The translations under genes were made by a program, and so were the position numbers. Shown piece after piece: positions 9,936 to 19,944 of a DNA stretch of 64,000 nt; positions within the stretch are counted from its first letter, which is position 1, and each line of letters starts with the position of its first letter. Source of the DNA: an uncultured Chloroflexia bacterium (GTDB taxonomy: Bacteria; Chloroflexota; Anaerolineae; JAAYZQ01); contig CAVOXA010000015.1 in the NCBI GenBank assembly GCA_963700285.1, forward strand, positions 96,001 to 160,000, written 5' to 3'. Under the pieces are notes generated by a model that worked only from the letters and a program-made list of their open reading frames with translations, searched no databases and was not told where the DNA came from.

Positions 9936-11693
9936 CTAGAGCCAATCGAGCAGCTCACCAGTACAATCGAGAATCAGATCGGCGCCAGCGCGTTCCAGCT
10001 CTTCCCTGGATCCAAAACCACATAGCACACCTACTGAGCGCGCCCCCGCTGCCCGGGCGGCCTCAATGTCGACCGTCGAGTCACCCACTAGCAAGCAGCG
10101 CTCCACGGGTACAGCGAGCTGTTCAGCCGTGTGGCGGATAGGACTGGGGTGTGGCTTGATGCGCCACGTATCATCCCGACCAGTGACAACCTGGATCAGA
10201 CCGGTCAGCTCCTGCTGGGCCAGAAAGACCCGTACATCGTGATGCTTCCGAGTGGTGACGATAGCCAAATAGTAGCGCCGACTCAGTTCATGAAGCATCT
10301 CGCCAGCACCATCGATGGGACGGAAACGAAGCGGAGCATTAACGCCACGCATTCGGCGCAGATGCTCCCCCATGCCTAATACATTATCATCCAAGCCGAT
10401 GCGGTCCAGCAAGGCCAATGCTCGAGTGGTTGGCCCCTCCCAGACCATGAGGAGGTGCCGCGCCATCCGTTCAGGATCCTTTCCTGGCACCAGTCTGCTC
10501 ACCGGCTTCAAACGGCGAGCCAGAGTCTCAACGGCCTGGTCGTCCGTCTCGACGAGCGTACCATCCAGGTCGAAAAGGATAGCGTCAATCTCACCCGGGT
10601 AGACATCCCCTTTCTCATCGATCTCGGGTGGGAATGGATCCTGGTCGACGAGCTTGGCATACACGTATGCTAGCAGCACGCGAGCCGTGCCGATAACCGG
10701 CGCGGCCAAAAAGATGCCCAACACTCCGGCTAGCATTCCACCGATCAACACGCCGACAAAGACGACGACCGGGTGAAGCTGTAGCCTCCGCCCCATGATG
10801 CGCGGCACCAGGTAAGCGCTCTCCAACTGCTGGATGATGAGATAGATACCCAATACCAGGACGGCAAACCAGAAATTACTCAAGGGAAGGTAGGTCGATC
10901 CACGGATAAGGGCAATGAGCAGTGCTGGGATGGTAGCAATGATAGGACCGAAGGTGGGAATTACCTCCAACACACCCGCCAGTAGCCCCACGAGCCCAGC
11001 TTGGGGCAAGCCGACCAGGGTCATGGTGATCCATACTGCCAGGCCAACAACCAGGGCCAGCACCACCTGTCCCCGGAAGAACGCCTTCCACACCAGGTTG
11101 ATTTCCTCACGGAGGCGGCGCAGTTCTTCGGCATATCCGGGAGGGGCCATTCGGTCCAAGTATGCCCGGAGGCGCCCTGCGTCTCGGATCAGATAGAAAG
11201 AGATCACAAAGATAGCCACCACCCAGACAACGCTGGAGGCAACGCCAACAAGCAACGTGACCGTCTGTGTTGCAAAGGGCTGGAACAGATCTTGGAGCGT
11301 CCCACGTACGTCGCCTACAAGATCTTGAGGGTTGAAGGTGAAGGTTAGAACCGTGACAGGTTGGGATAGGAAACCTACCACGTCATCCGTCAGCTGCTGC
11401 ACATCCAGATTCAATCGAGTTATCCAGCCCACGATATTGGGTACGACGATGACAGGGATCGCAGCGATGGCCAGTATCAGAGCGATGAACACGAGGATCA
11501 CAGACAACGTTCGTGGCAGCTTGCCTCGACGCTCTACATAGTCGACCACGGGTTTGAGCAGGTAGGCCAGAACAACGGCAATGGCCACAGGGGGAATAAT
11601 GGCCCGAAACAGATAGAAAGTGAGCAGCAGGACAATGATCAGGCCAATGACAACCAGACGTTTAGTTGTACGGCTCCATTCAGTCGAAACCAT
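9936..11693 (-). CDS. AI-2E (PerM/TqsA) family transporter fused to a C-terminal HAD-like hydrolase
   Basis: Multi-TM N-terminal domain with LAYLLKP, IPTFGP and PRIMG..L.LHP motifs; C-terminal FDLDGTL, KPHP, GDSTVD. Confidence 0.85.
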   Translation of the reverse strand: MVSTEWSRTTKRLVVIGLIIVLLLTFYLFRAIIPPVAIAVVLAYLLKPVVDYVERRGKLPRTLSVILVFIALILAIAAIPVIVVPNIVGWITRLNLDVQQLTDDVVGFLSQPVTVLTFTFNPQDLVGDVRGTLQDLFQPFATQTVTLLVGVASSVVWVVAIFVISFYLIRDAGRLRAYLDRMAPPGYAEELRRLREEINLVWKAFFRGQVVLALVVGLAVWITMTLVGLPQAGLVGLLAGVLEVIPTFGPIIATIPALLIALIRGSTYLPLSNFWFAVLVLGIYLIIQQLESAYLVPRIMGRRLQLHPVVVFVGVLIGGMLAGVLGIFLAAPVIGTARVLLAYVYAKLVDQDPFPPEIDEKGDVYPGEIDAILFDLDGTLVETDDQAVETLARRLKPVSRLVPGKDPERMARHLLMVWEGPTTRALALLDRIGLDDNVLGMGEHLRRMRGVNAPLRFRPIDGAGEMLHELSRRYYLAIVTTRKHHDVRVFLAQQELTGLIQVVTGRDDTWRIKPHPSPIRHTAEQLAVPVERCLLVGDSTVDIEAARAAGARSVGVLCGFGSREELERAGADLILDCTGELLDWL

Positions 11694-11745
11694 GAACAGG
11701 TCCCCAGGATTAGGAAGCGAGTTCAGGTGATTCTGGTTCTAGCCT

Positions 11746-12327
11746 CTAGTAGACAACCCCAATGTTCTCTGGAGGCCAGTACGACACCCAGGCCCGTCCT
11801 ACAAGGTTCTCAATAGGCACCGGCCCAAAACTCCTCGAATCGTTGGAGTGATTGCGGTTGTCGCCCAGGACATAAACGTGGAGCGGCGGCACAGTGACCT
11901 GGCCGTTTCGACCTGGCTGTGTCTCCTCATCCACAAAGGGCTCATCTAATAGCTGGCCGTTGATGAATACCTGTCCGTCGCGGATTTCAACCGTCTCGCC
12001 TGGCAGGCCGATCACCCGTTTGATCAGCAGTTCGTCGCCCTGGCTGGGCAGTTTGAGGACCACAATGTCATACCGTTGTGGGCCATGAAAGCGATAGCTC
12101 ACTTTTTCGACGACTAGGCGTTGATCAGTGTGCAGGTTGGGCTCCATGCTCTGCCCTTCGACCCGCGTAGCTTGGCCGACAAAGACATTGATCAGCAGCG
12201 CAATGAGAATCGCTGGCAGGACAGTCTCCAATACCTCGCGAATCAGGCGCAAAAGCCGCCGCCCTACGCCGGGACTGCGCGGTTGTGGATCCTCAACCTC
12301 TTCAAAGCCGTTCAGTTCGTCGCCCAT
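11746..12327 (-). CDS. lepB: Signal peptidase I
   Basis: VEGQSMEPNL, LIKRVIGLPG and GDNRNHSNDSR motifs; start at the internal ATG (MGDELNG). Confidence 0.92.
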   Translation of the reverse strand: MGDELNGFEEVEDPQPRSPGVGRRLLRLIREVLETVLPAILIALLINVFVGQATRVEGQSMEPNLHTDQRLVVEKVSYRFHGPQRYDIVVLKLPSQGDELLIKRVIGLPGETVEIRDGQVFINGQLLDEPFVDEETQPGRNGQVTVPPLHVYVLGDNRNHSNDSRSFGPVPIENLVGRAWVSYWPPENIGVVY

Positions 12328-12403
12328 GGGATTCTTTTCTCTTCCCAACCCAATCAAACTAAACGGGGTGCAGGGCTTTGTCGGGCCCCACACCCCAACG
12401 ATG

Positions 12404-14617
12404 CTATCTGTGATCGCGGCGTGGAGGACGGCCGCCCTGTGGCCGGCTACCTCCGCGTCCCCTATCTCGGGAACCACCAGAAGAACCGCCCTTGCGATCC
12501 CGATCACGAGCCTCTTCGGCAGTCCAGCCTGCCAACACAGCCTGGCGTGAGAGCCGGATTTTGCCCGAGTCGGGCTCCACGTCAATGACCATGACCATGA
12601 TCTCGTCGCCCACACGGACCACATCTTCGACGGAGGGCGCACGGTAATCTGCCAGTTGAGAGATGTGACACATGCCATCAACGCCAGGCATGATCTCAAC
12701 AAAGGCGCCGTAGCTTTCGGTGCGGACCACCTTGCCCACATAAACCTTGCCGATCTCGGCCTCCTCGGTCAAGGCTTCAATCATGGCAATGGCCTTCTCA
12801 GCGGCAGGGCCCTCAACGGCAGCAATGTAGACGGTGCCATCGTCCTCAATGTTCACATCCACTCCACAGTCCTCCTGGATCTTGCGGATCATCTTGCCAC
12901 CGGGGCCGATGATCTTGCCGATTTTATCCGGATCCACGTGGATAGTGATGATACGTGGTGCGAACGGTGAGAGTTCCGGCCGGGGCTCGTCCAGGGCTTC
13001 CCTCATCCTGTCGAGAATGTGAAGCCTGCCGTCACGCGCCTGGGCTACGGCCTTGGCCAGGATCTCGTAGCTCAAGCCCTTGATCTTGATATCCATCTGC
13101 AGGGCTGTGATCCCCTCACGGGTACCCGCCACCTTAAAGTCCATGTCGCCCAGATTGTCTTCCATGCCCTGAATATCGCTCAGGACGGCGTACTGGTCAT
13201 CTTGCAGGATCAGGCCCATGGCAATACCCGCCACAGGGTTCTTGATCGGTACGCCGGCATCCATGAGAGCCAGGGTACTGCCGCACACGGAAGCCATCGA
13301 TGTGGAACCATTGGATGACAGCACTTCGGAAACCACACGCAGGGTATAAGGGAACTCTTCTTCCGGGGGCAGCATCGGGCGCAGCGCTGCTTCGGCCAGT
13401 GCCCCATGGCCGATCTCCCGCCGCTTGGGGCCACGCATTGGCCAGGTTTCCCCTGTGCTGAAGGGCGGAAAGTTGTAGTGATGCATGTAGCGCTTGACAT
13501 CTTCGGGCCGCAACGTGTCCAGCCTTTGCTCCTCGCGAGGCGTACCCAGGGTCGCAATGCTGAGGACCTGCGTCTCACCTCGTGTGAAAAGACCCGACCC
13601 ATGTGCCCGAGGCAAAAGGCTCACCTTGCTCCAGATGGACCGGATCTCATCGGTCACCCGTCCATCAGCCCGCTGGCCCTTGTCCAGGATCAGCTTCCGC
13701 GTTTCAGCCTTGAGCACGTCACGATAGACCTTCTTGACATCGCCCAGGTCAATGGTGTCATCCTCGGCAAAGGAGCCCAGAATCTCGTTTTCTAGGATGT
13801 CCTGCGCCTGACCCCGTTCCTGCTTGCTCATCGGCTGGGCAACCAAGTCGGCCACACGATTGCCGATGCGATGCAGGATTCGCTCACGATCCCCCTCCTC
13901 TATGGTGATGACTGGGTAGTCAAGGCTCTTGGGTTTTCCAACTTCTTCCCGCATCTGCTTCTGCAGAGCTATCACGGGCTGCATGGCCTCGTGCCCCACC
14001 TTGAGGGCCTGAAGGACGATCTCCTCGTGGATCTCGCTTGCGCCAGCCTCAACCATTAGGATGGCGTCCTCGGTACCGGCCATGCGCAGGTCTAGCGTGC
14101 TTTTTTCCATCTGCTCGGCCGTGGGGTTGATGACAAATTCGTCATCGACTAACCCAACGCGGGAAGCACCGATTGGGCCTTCAAAGGGGACGTCAGAGAT
14201 GGTCAGCGCCGCCGAAGCACCAATGATGGCTGGGATATCCAAATAGTTCTCGGAATCGGATGACAGAGCAGTAGCAATGATCTGCACGTCATTGCGGTAG
14301 TCCTTGGGGAAGAGGGGTCGCAATGGGCGATCAATCAGCCTCATTGTTAGGATCCCCGATTCGCTCGGACGGCCCTCCCGCCGAAAAAAGCTGCCTGGGA
14401 TTCGACCTGCAGCGTAGAGCCGCTCCTCAAAGTCCACTGTCAGTGGGAAAAAATCGGTACCTTCGCGGGGCTTTTTCGAAGCTGTCGCTGTAACGAGCAC
14501 GACCGAGTCGCCCAACCGGACAGTCACGGCCCCGCCTGCCTGCATCGCCAGCAGACCGGTCTCGATGGTGAGGGGTTTGTCGCCGACCTGGACGACATAC
14601 GTTTTGCCGTTATTCAC
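12404..14617 (-). CDS. pnp: Polyribonucleotide nucleotidyltransferase (PNPase)
   Basis: [19 protein letters not shown] and GDMDFKVAG motifs, KH and S1 domains; GTG start after GGAGG. Confidence 0.97.
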   Translation of the reverse strand: MNNGKTYVVQVGDKPLTIETGLLAMQAGGAVTVRLGDSVVLVTATASKKPREGTDFFPLTVDFEERLYAAGRIPGSFFRREGRPSESGILTMRLIDRPLRPLFPKDYRNDVQIIATALSSDSENYLDIPAIIGASAALTISDVPFEGPIGASRVGLVDDEFVINPTAEQMEKSTLDLRMAGTEDAILMVEAGASEIHEEIVLQALKVGHEAMQPVIALQKQMREEVGKPKSLDYPVITIEEGDRERILHRIGNRVADLVAQPMSKQERGQAQDILENEILGSFAEDDTIDLGDVKKVYRDVLKAETRKLILDKGQRADGRVTDEIRSIWSKVSLLPRAHGSGLFTRGETQVLSIATLGTPREEQRLDTLRPEDVKRYMHHYNFPPFSTGETWPMRGPKRREIGHGALAEAALRPMLPPEEEFPYTLRVVSEVLSSNGSTSMASVCGSTLALMDAGVPIKNPVAGIAMGLILQDDQYAVLSDIQGMEDNLGDMDFKVAGTREGITALQMDIKIKGLSYEILAKAVAQARDGRLHILDRMREALDEPRPELSPFAPRIITIHVDPDKIGKIIGPGGKMIRKIQEDCGVDVNIEDDGTVYIAAVEGPAAEKAIAMIEALTEEAEIGKVYVGKVVRTESYGAFVEIMPGVDGMCHISQLADYRAPSVEDVVRVGDEIMVMVIDVEPDSGKIRLSRQAVLAGWTAEEARDRDRKGGSSGGSRDRGRGGSRPQGGRPPRRDHR

Positions 14618-14641
14618 TTTTTTACCTCCAGATTTTACGGT

Positions 14642-14731
14642 GAGGAGGCAGGGTCCAGGGACTGGGGAGTAGGTCCCGGCCATCTCAATGAGCCAAGGCG
14701 CACTCCCCAATTCCTGACACCTGCCTTTCCC
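14642..14731 (-). promoter_or_regulatory. Long imperfect hairpin in the pnp 5' leader (candidate RNase III processing stem)
   Basis: Minus-strand pairings AGGCAGG/CCTGCCT and TGGGGAGT/ACTCCCCA; same position as known pnp autoregulatory stems. Confidence 0.6.
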
Positions 14732-14835
14732 GTATTGGATCTTCTTTCGTCAGATATGACAAGACCTACGGCGCCGGCAGCCACCTACGATGCTGGGCCA
14801 TAGGCCATCAGAGTCCATCTTTGAGCTCAGGATTG

Positions 14836-15105
14836 CTACCTGCGCAGCCCCAATCGTTCGACAATTTTGCGATAGCGCTCTGAGTCTGTCTGCTTCAAAT
14901 ATACCAAGTGTCTGCGCCGCTGTCCTACCAGCTTGTACAAGCCCCGTCGCGAATGCTCGTCGTGCTTGTGCACTTTCAAGTGCTCGGTCAACTGGCTAAT
15001 CCGCGTTGTCAACAAGGCAATCTGCACTTCCGGCGACCCAGTATCGCTTGGGTGCACATTATACTGCTGGATGATCTCTGTCTTTTCTGCTTTTGTCAAA
15101 GACAC
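14836..15105 (-). CDS. rpsO: 30S ribosomal protein S15
   Basis: [13 protein letters not shown] and [11 protein letters not shown] motifs; synteny with pnp. Confidence 0.98.
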   Translation of the reverse strand: MSLTKAEKTEIIQQYNVHPSDTGSPEVQIALLTTRISQLTEHLKVHKHDEHSRRGLYKLVGQRRRHLVYLKQTDSERYRKIVERLGLRR

Positions 15106-15187
15106 CGCCTGTTCCTTTCTCGGTACCCGAACTCAGGCTAGCATAGATGAGCGCGGGGCTCTTCCCCGCGCTTTCCAACCAACGACC

Positions 15188-15216
15188 ATTATATCACAGT
15201 ATAGGCTGTGATGCAA
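15188..15216 (-). promoter_or_regulatory. Sigma70-type promoter of rpsO
   Basis: TTGCAT-17 nt-TATAAT with an extended -10 TG. Confidence 0.7.
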
Positions 15217-15363
15217 ATATGCTCAGGGTAATCGCAGAAAAGACATTTCGAGAATTATGTACAGTAAAGCTGGGCAGCACCCTCTGCGGAGAATCACCTG
15301 CACATCGGACATGGTCCGGCCAATTCATGCCAGCCACAAACTTGTAGAGCCACGCTGTCGAGA

Positions 15364-15813
15364 TCAGAGCCACTTACTCATCAAGTAAAAACGATCCCTA
15401 TCGTCAAAGCCATTGGACCTGTAGAATCGCTGAGCACCATGATTCCCGCGTTCCACTTCGAGATGGAGCGCTCCAATGCCCATCGATCTGGCTTCCAGTT
15501 CTACCAGCCCAAGGGTTCTTGCACCAATGCCGCGCCCCCTGTAACCAGCCTGAATGTAAAACTCGTCTATGAAAGCGTCTCGTCCTCCGAACTCGAGGCT
15601 GTAGCCGAATGTCAACACAATGTAGCCTATGGCCAGATTGTTCCGGCCGATCAGCCAAATGTACCCGAGAGCCTGGTCATTTAGGAGATCCCTCAGGGCA
15701 GCAGAAGCGCTAGACTGGTCAAACATGAGTCCATCGTGGGCATAGTATTCCTGCATCAGGGCTAGCAGATCAGGTAGGTCATCAACTCCCGCTGGCATGA
15801 TCCTAACCTGCAC
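15364..15813 (-). CDS. GNAT-family N-acetyltransferase
   Basis: IDEFYI...RGRGIG motif A and N..A.RFY...GF; GTG start after AAGGAGG. Confidence 0.85.
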   Translation of the reverse strand: MQVRIMPAGVDDLPDLLALMQEYYAHDGLMFDQSSASAALRDLLNDQALGYIWLIGRNNLAIGYIVLTFGYSLEFGGRDAFIDEFYIQAGYRGRGIGARTLGLVELEARSMGIGALHLEVERGNHGAQRFYRSNGFDDRDRFYLMSKWL

Positions 15814-15881
15814 CTCGACACCTCCTTGGGTAAGCTGAGCGGCGAGCAGGCAATACCTCGAATTGCAGCCAAAGCTCCCGG

Positions 15882-17051
15882 CTACTGAGCCCACAGATGC
15901 GCGTACTTGAGCCCGCTCCCGGTGTTGAACAGTGCCACTCGCTCATCATCGTTGATCCAGCCTTGCTGGCGCAAGTGCTGGAAGGCGACGAGTGTGGCAG
16001 CGCCTTCAGGGCAGACAAAGATGCCCTGCGTGCGGCCGATGAGTTTGGCGGCTTCCAGCATCTCCTGGTCGGACACGGCGATAGCCGCGCCGTCGCTCTC
16101 GCGCAGGGTACGGAGAATGAGAAAGTCGGCGACAGCTGCTGGCACACGCAGGCCGTCGGCAACGGTATGCGCGTTTTGCCAAGGGGCGGCGAATTCCTGG
16201 CCTTCCTGGAAAGCGCGGACGATGGGTGCGCAGCCCTCTGACTGGACGGTGACCATCCGCGGTCGATGGGAGCCGATCCAGCGCAGTTTCTCCATCTCAT
16301 CAAAGGCTTTCCACATACCGATCAGCCCCGTCCCACCACCCGTGGGATAGATGATGACGTCGGGCAGTGCCCAGCTCATCTGCTCGGCCAATTCGTAGCC
16401 CATGGTCTTTTTGCCTTCCAGGCGGTAGGGTTCCTTCAGGGTGGAGATATCAAAGCGGTCGAAGCAGCGCACGCCTTCAGCAGCGGCTCGGCCACAATCG
16501 GTGATCAGCCCGTCGACCAGGGTCACCTCGGCGCCCAGGACGCGGCACTCGGCCACGAACAGGGGGGGCACGTCCTGGGGCATGAACACGTGAGCCTCCA
16601 TGCCAGCCAGGGCAGCATAGGCGCTCAATGCTCCGGCGGCGTTACCCGCCGACGGGATCGAAATTGCCTTGACCCCCAATTCGTGGGCACGGGAGACGGC
16701 TACTCCCAGGCCCCGTGCTTTGAACGAAGCAGTGGGGTTCAGGCCCTCGTCCTTGATGTATAATTTCTCAAAGCCGATGGCTTTGCCCAGCTTCGTTGCG
16801 TGGATCAATGGTGTCCAGCCCTCACCAAGGCACAAGGTGTAGCGTGGATCGCGTACAGGGAGCAGTTCACGATAGCGCCACAGTGTTGTCTCGCGCTCGG
16901 CAATCTCCTCGCGACTGAGACGTTGGCGCGCGGTTTCAAGATCGTAGCGGGCCAGCAGTGGCTTGTCGCACTTTGGGCAGAGATTCCAAAGCCGGTCAGC
17001 CTCAAATTCCCTTCCACAAAGGGCACATTCCAGGTAGGACAGATAGCTCAT
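15882..17051 (-). CDS. thrC: Threonine synthase or ThrC-like PLP enzyme
   Basis: N-terminal CxxC..CxxC; LGEGWTPL, NPTASFKARG (PLP lysine), SAGNA, EGKKTMG. Confidence 0.8.
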   Translation of the reverse strand: MSYLSYLECALCGREFEADRLWNLCPKCDKPLLARYDLETARQRLSREEIAERETTLWRYRELLPVRDPRYTLCLGEGWTPLIHATKLGKAIGFEKLYIKDEGLNPTASFKARGLGVAVSRAHELGVKAISIPSAGNAAGALSAYAALAGMEAHVFMPQDVPPLFVAECRVLGAEVTLVDGLITDCGRAAAEGVRCFDRFDISTLKEPYRLEGKKTMGYELAEQMSWALPDVIIYPTGGGTGLIGMWKAFDEMEKLRWIGSHRPRMVTVQSEGCAPIVRAFQEGQEFAAPWQNAHTVADGLRVPAAVADFLILRTLRESDGAAIAVSDQEMLEAAKLIGRTQGIFVCPEGAATLVAFQHLRQQGWINDDERVALFNTGSGLKYAHLWAQ

Positions 17052-17167
17052 CTATTGTTTCCTTTTTGACATCTTTTGTCATGAGAAAGGCTTAATGCGG
17101 CAGATCTGGATCATCGAGAGAACAGCAGATTGTGACGGGCTGAGCGAAATCCAGTCTGCATCAGCGA

Positions 17168-18346
17168 TTAGAACGTCACCAAACTTCCCATCAGGGTGAT
17201 GGTGATGGCGCTCACGACACCAACGATCAGCGCTGCAGCCAGTCCGACAAAGAAAGGTTTGATACCCAGCCCCTTGAACGATCGAAAATTAGTGCTCAGC
17301 CCCACAGCGGCCAGGGCAACCACCAGCAGATAGCCAGCCCAGGTGTTGAGGGTTGTATAGATGGCCTGCCACGTCTCGGCATCCCACAATCCAAAAGCTT
17401 CACCGCCAGCCTTGATCGTGGCATCGCCAATGGACCGGAGCATAGCCATGGCCAGGAAGCCCAGGACAAAGAGCGGTAGCAACTTCAGGGGATTGGTCCG
17501 CTTTCCAGCGAAATCGTCCTGATCCTGTACCTTACGGGCATAGTAGTAGGCCATGAAAGGGATCACAGCCGCCATGAATACGTTGCGTACCAGCTTGGTG
17601 ACGGTAGCCACGTCGAGGCTCAATGGCGCGGAAAAGACGTCCGCATATACTTTGGCTGCTCCGACCACCTGGGATGTGTCGTGGATCGAAGTACCCAGGA
17701 AGAGGCCTACCTTGATCGCATTTCCGGCAAAGATTACATTGGCAAGGTAAGGGTAGACGATGGTTGCCAACAAGCCGAATATGGTAATGACCGCCACGGC
17801 ATAGGCTACTTCTTCCTCTTCGGCATCGATAGCTGGACCAGTGGCAACAATGGCCGACACTCCGCAGATAGAAGTGCCTACAGCGATCAGGGCGCCCAAC
17901 CGCTCGGGCAGGTTCAACCACTTGTTGATGCGCGTGGTGAAAAACAGCGCACCAATGATGCAGGTAACGACGATCGGGATACCATACACCCCCAGCCGGA
18001 ACACATCAAAGATGGTCAGCCGGATGCCCAGGAGGATGATGCCCAAACGCAGGATCTTTTTAACAGAGAAAGAGAGTCCGGGCTTGAGCACCTTGGGCAT
18101 GGGAATGAGCGCGCTAACAATGAGGCCCAGGAGAATGGCCAGCATCACCGACGAAACCGGGGTCTTGTCGAAACCCATCAAGGTGATGCCGATGAATTTG
18201 CTCAGCCAGACACTGAACCAGGCCAATACGATGGCCACGATAAGGCCGGGCAGCAAGGATGGCACCTTGTTAACCGTCACCCCCAACAGATTCTTTTCCA
18301 AGGCGCTAATCTTGCGCTTGAGGGTTGCCTCCTCTGTGCTAGTCAT
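17168..18346 (-). CDS. YeiH / putative sulfate exporter (PSE) family membrane protein
   Basis: LRLGIILLG, GTSICGVSAI, GTSIHDTSQV and TKLVRN motifs. Confidence 0.88.
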   Translation of the reverse strand: MTSTEEATLKRKISALEKNLLGVTVNKVPSLLPGLIVAIVLAWFSVWLSKFIGITLMGFDKTPVSSVMLAILLGLIVSALIPMPKVLKPGLSFSVKKILRLGIILLGIRLTIFDVFRLGVYGIPIVVTCIIGALFFTTRINKWLNLPERLGALIAVGTSICGVSAIVATGPAIDAEEEEVAYAVAVITIFGLLATIVYPYLANVIFAGNAIKVGLFLGTSIHDTSQVVGAAKVYADVFSAPLSLDVATVTKLVRNVFMAAVIPFMAYYYARKVQDQDDFAGKRTNPLKLLPLFVLGFLAMAMLRSIGDATIKAGGEAFGLWDAETWQAIYTTLNTWAGYLLVVALAAVGLSTNFRSFKGLGIKPFFVGLAAALIVGVVSAITITLMGSLVTF

Positions 18347-18923
18347 GTCCCGATTCCTCCAGTGTGACAGTCTCTTTGCTAAAAAATGCTACAGCAAGTT
18401 CATGATTACGACCATAACACCTTAAAAAAGCAAGGCAATCATCTGTGACTTGGCAGGTACCAGGCTCTTTCCAAGGCACAACCCGTGGCCTATCAGCGCC
18501 GCTCCGGATCCCGTCGGTTATCCTCAGAGGCAACATACGCGGGGCACCAGGACCAGCCCATAATCTCAGGTACCACCCCACAACACCTCTTGCTCTCATA
18601 GACATCCTTCATCTTTGGCCTTGGTGGCTTGGGCACATCCAACCCGTGCTCCATTATCTGGGGACAGGTTGGAAGATATTACCACAACAGCATTCTGGTG
18701 TCTACCTTACAGAGGCGTGAAGCACCTCCTACTGTTGAGTCTGGCGATAGCACCGATGTCCTGTTGCGGGCATCTCAGGGCTTCGTCCAGAGGAAACTGG
18801 TTGTCAATCTGATTTTGTGTTGCCCCAAAACATGGTATAATCCGAAAAGTCGTCATGTTCACAGGAATTTGCTGCAGGGATATGCTGGGCCCAATACCAG
18901 CGTCAGGGAGAGGGAAAATCCCG

Positions 18924-19892
18924 ATGTGCTACCAAGAATGTGCCCTTTACGGTGAATTGGTTCTCTGGCTGCGTGACAAGGCCGCAGAACTGCTGGCCAA
19001 TGGCGACGGAAAGATCGAGGTAGAGCAGGGGCAGTTGGATGCTCTCATCCGCGGCTGGTTCTTCACGCCTCGGGATGACCTCCACGGCTGCGCGCCGCGC
19101 GACCTGATCTGGGCCGAGCAATTGGGCCAACCCAATCCCGTCCATCCCGAACACACGGATGAATTCTTTCCAGACGACTGCCCGATCTGTGAGTACGAAC
19201 GGGCGCATCTAAAAGCGGCCCTGGAATCGGGAGAAGAACATGGCTTCCACTGGCATTATGACGATGGGGGCTACCCACTCATTGCCCACTACGATCCTGA
19301 AGGCTGGGACGAGCGCTGGGCTGCCGACGTCGCCTTGTCTGAAGCTATGCACCAGAACGAACTGGAGAACCAGAGTCCACTGGCTGCACCTTCCTATGAA
19401 CCCCCGCCCACCGATCCCAAAGAAATGGATCCCCAGGCATTTCTTGAGGCTCTGCGCCAGCCATGGGTCGATCCCGCCCTGCACCGTGCGGCCGAAAAAC
19501 TTACCGAGTACTGCGACGTCCCCGTTCCCGATCCTGTGACCGGCTTGCGCTACCGGCGCGTGACCCGGAGCGAAGCGCTTTCCCTGCTGGCCGGCCTCGA
19601 TGGGCAGGGCGTGGACATCAATGCCCTGCTGACGCAAATAGACGCCTGGCCCTATCAGAACATCGCCCTGGACTGGCTTAGCGATCCCCTACAGAATGTG
19701 GCTATGTTCTGCCTGGTCCTGGAGCAGGATGCGGCTTCTGGAGACCAAGATGGCCAAACACGCGTTCGCCAGCACCGAGATTTTGTCTTTGCTCTGGGCA
19801 GAGTAGTCCCTCCGAGTGCCCGCATCTGGCTGCGGGGCTGGCTTGAAGCCGTAGGCATTGGAGCTTTTGCCCCGACCGACCTACCGTTCTGA
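18924..19892 (+). CDS. Hypothetical protein with a CxxC (DDCPIC) and a W..TP...L.G..P motif
   Basis: Long ORF with an AGGGAGAGG RBS; no confident family assignment. Confidence 0.7.
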   Translation: MCYQECALYGELVLWLRDKAAELLANGDGKIEVEQGQLDALIRGWFFTPRDDLHGCAPRDLIWAEQLGQPNPVHPEHTDEFFPDDCPICEYERAHLKAALESGEEHGFHWHYDDGGYPLIAHYDPEGWDERWAADVALSEAMHQNELENQSPLAAPSYEPPPTDPKEMDPQAFLEALRQPWVDPALHRAAEKLTEYCDVPVPDPVTGLRYRRVTRSEALSLLAGLDGQGVDINALLTQIDAWPYQNIALDWLSDPLQNVAMFCLVLEQDAASGDQDGQTRVRQHRDFVFALGRVVPPSARIWLRGWLEAVGIGAFAPTDLPF

Positions 19893-19944
19893 ACAAGCCT
19901 GCAACGGCAGGATTCTCCGAGCAGGCAGCGCAGAGGAGTCTGGA

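Noticed and set aside
18430-18610. Possible lysine or glycine riboswitch upstream of the YeiH gene
   Set aside because: Only isolated words (AGAGGTG, CTCAGGTACC) match; the ordered consensus elements are absent on the relevant strand
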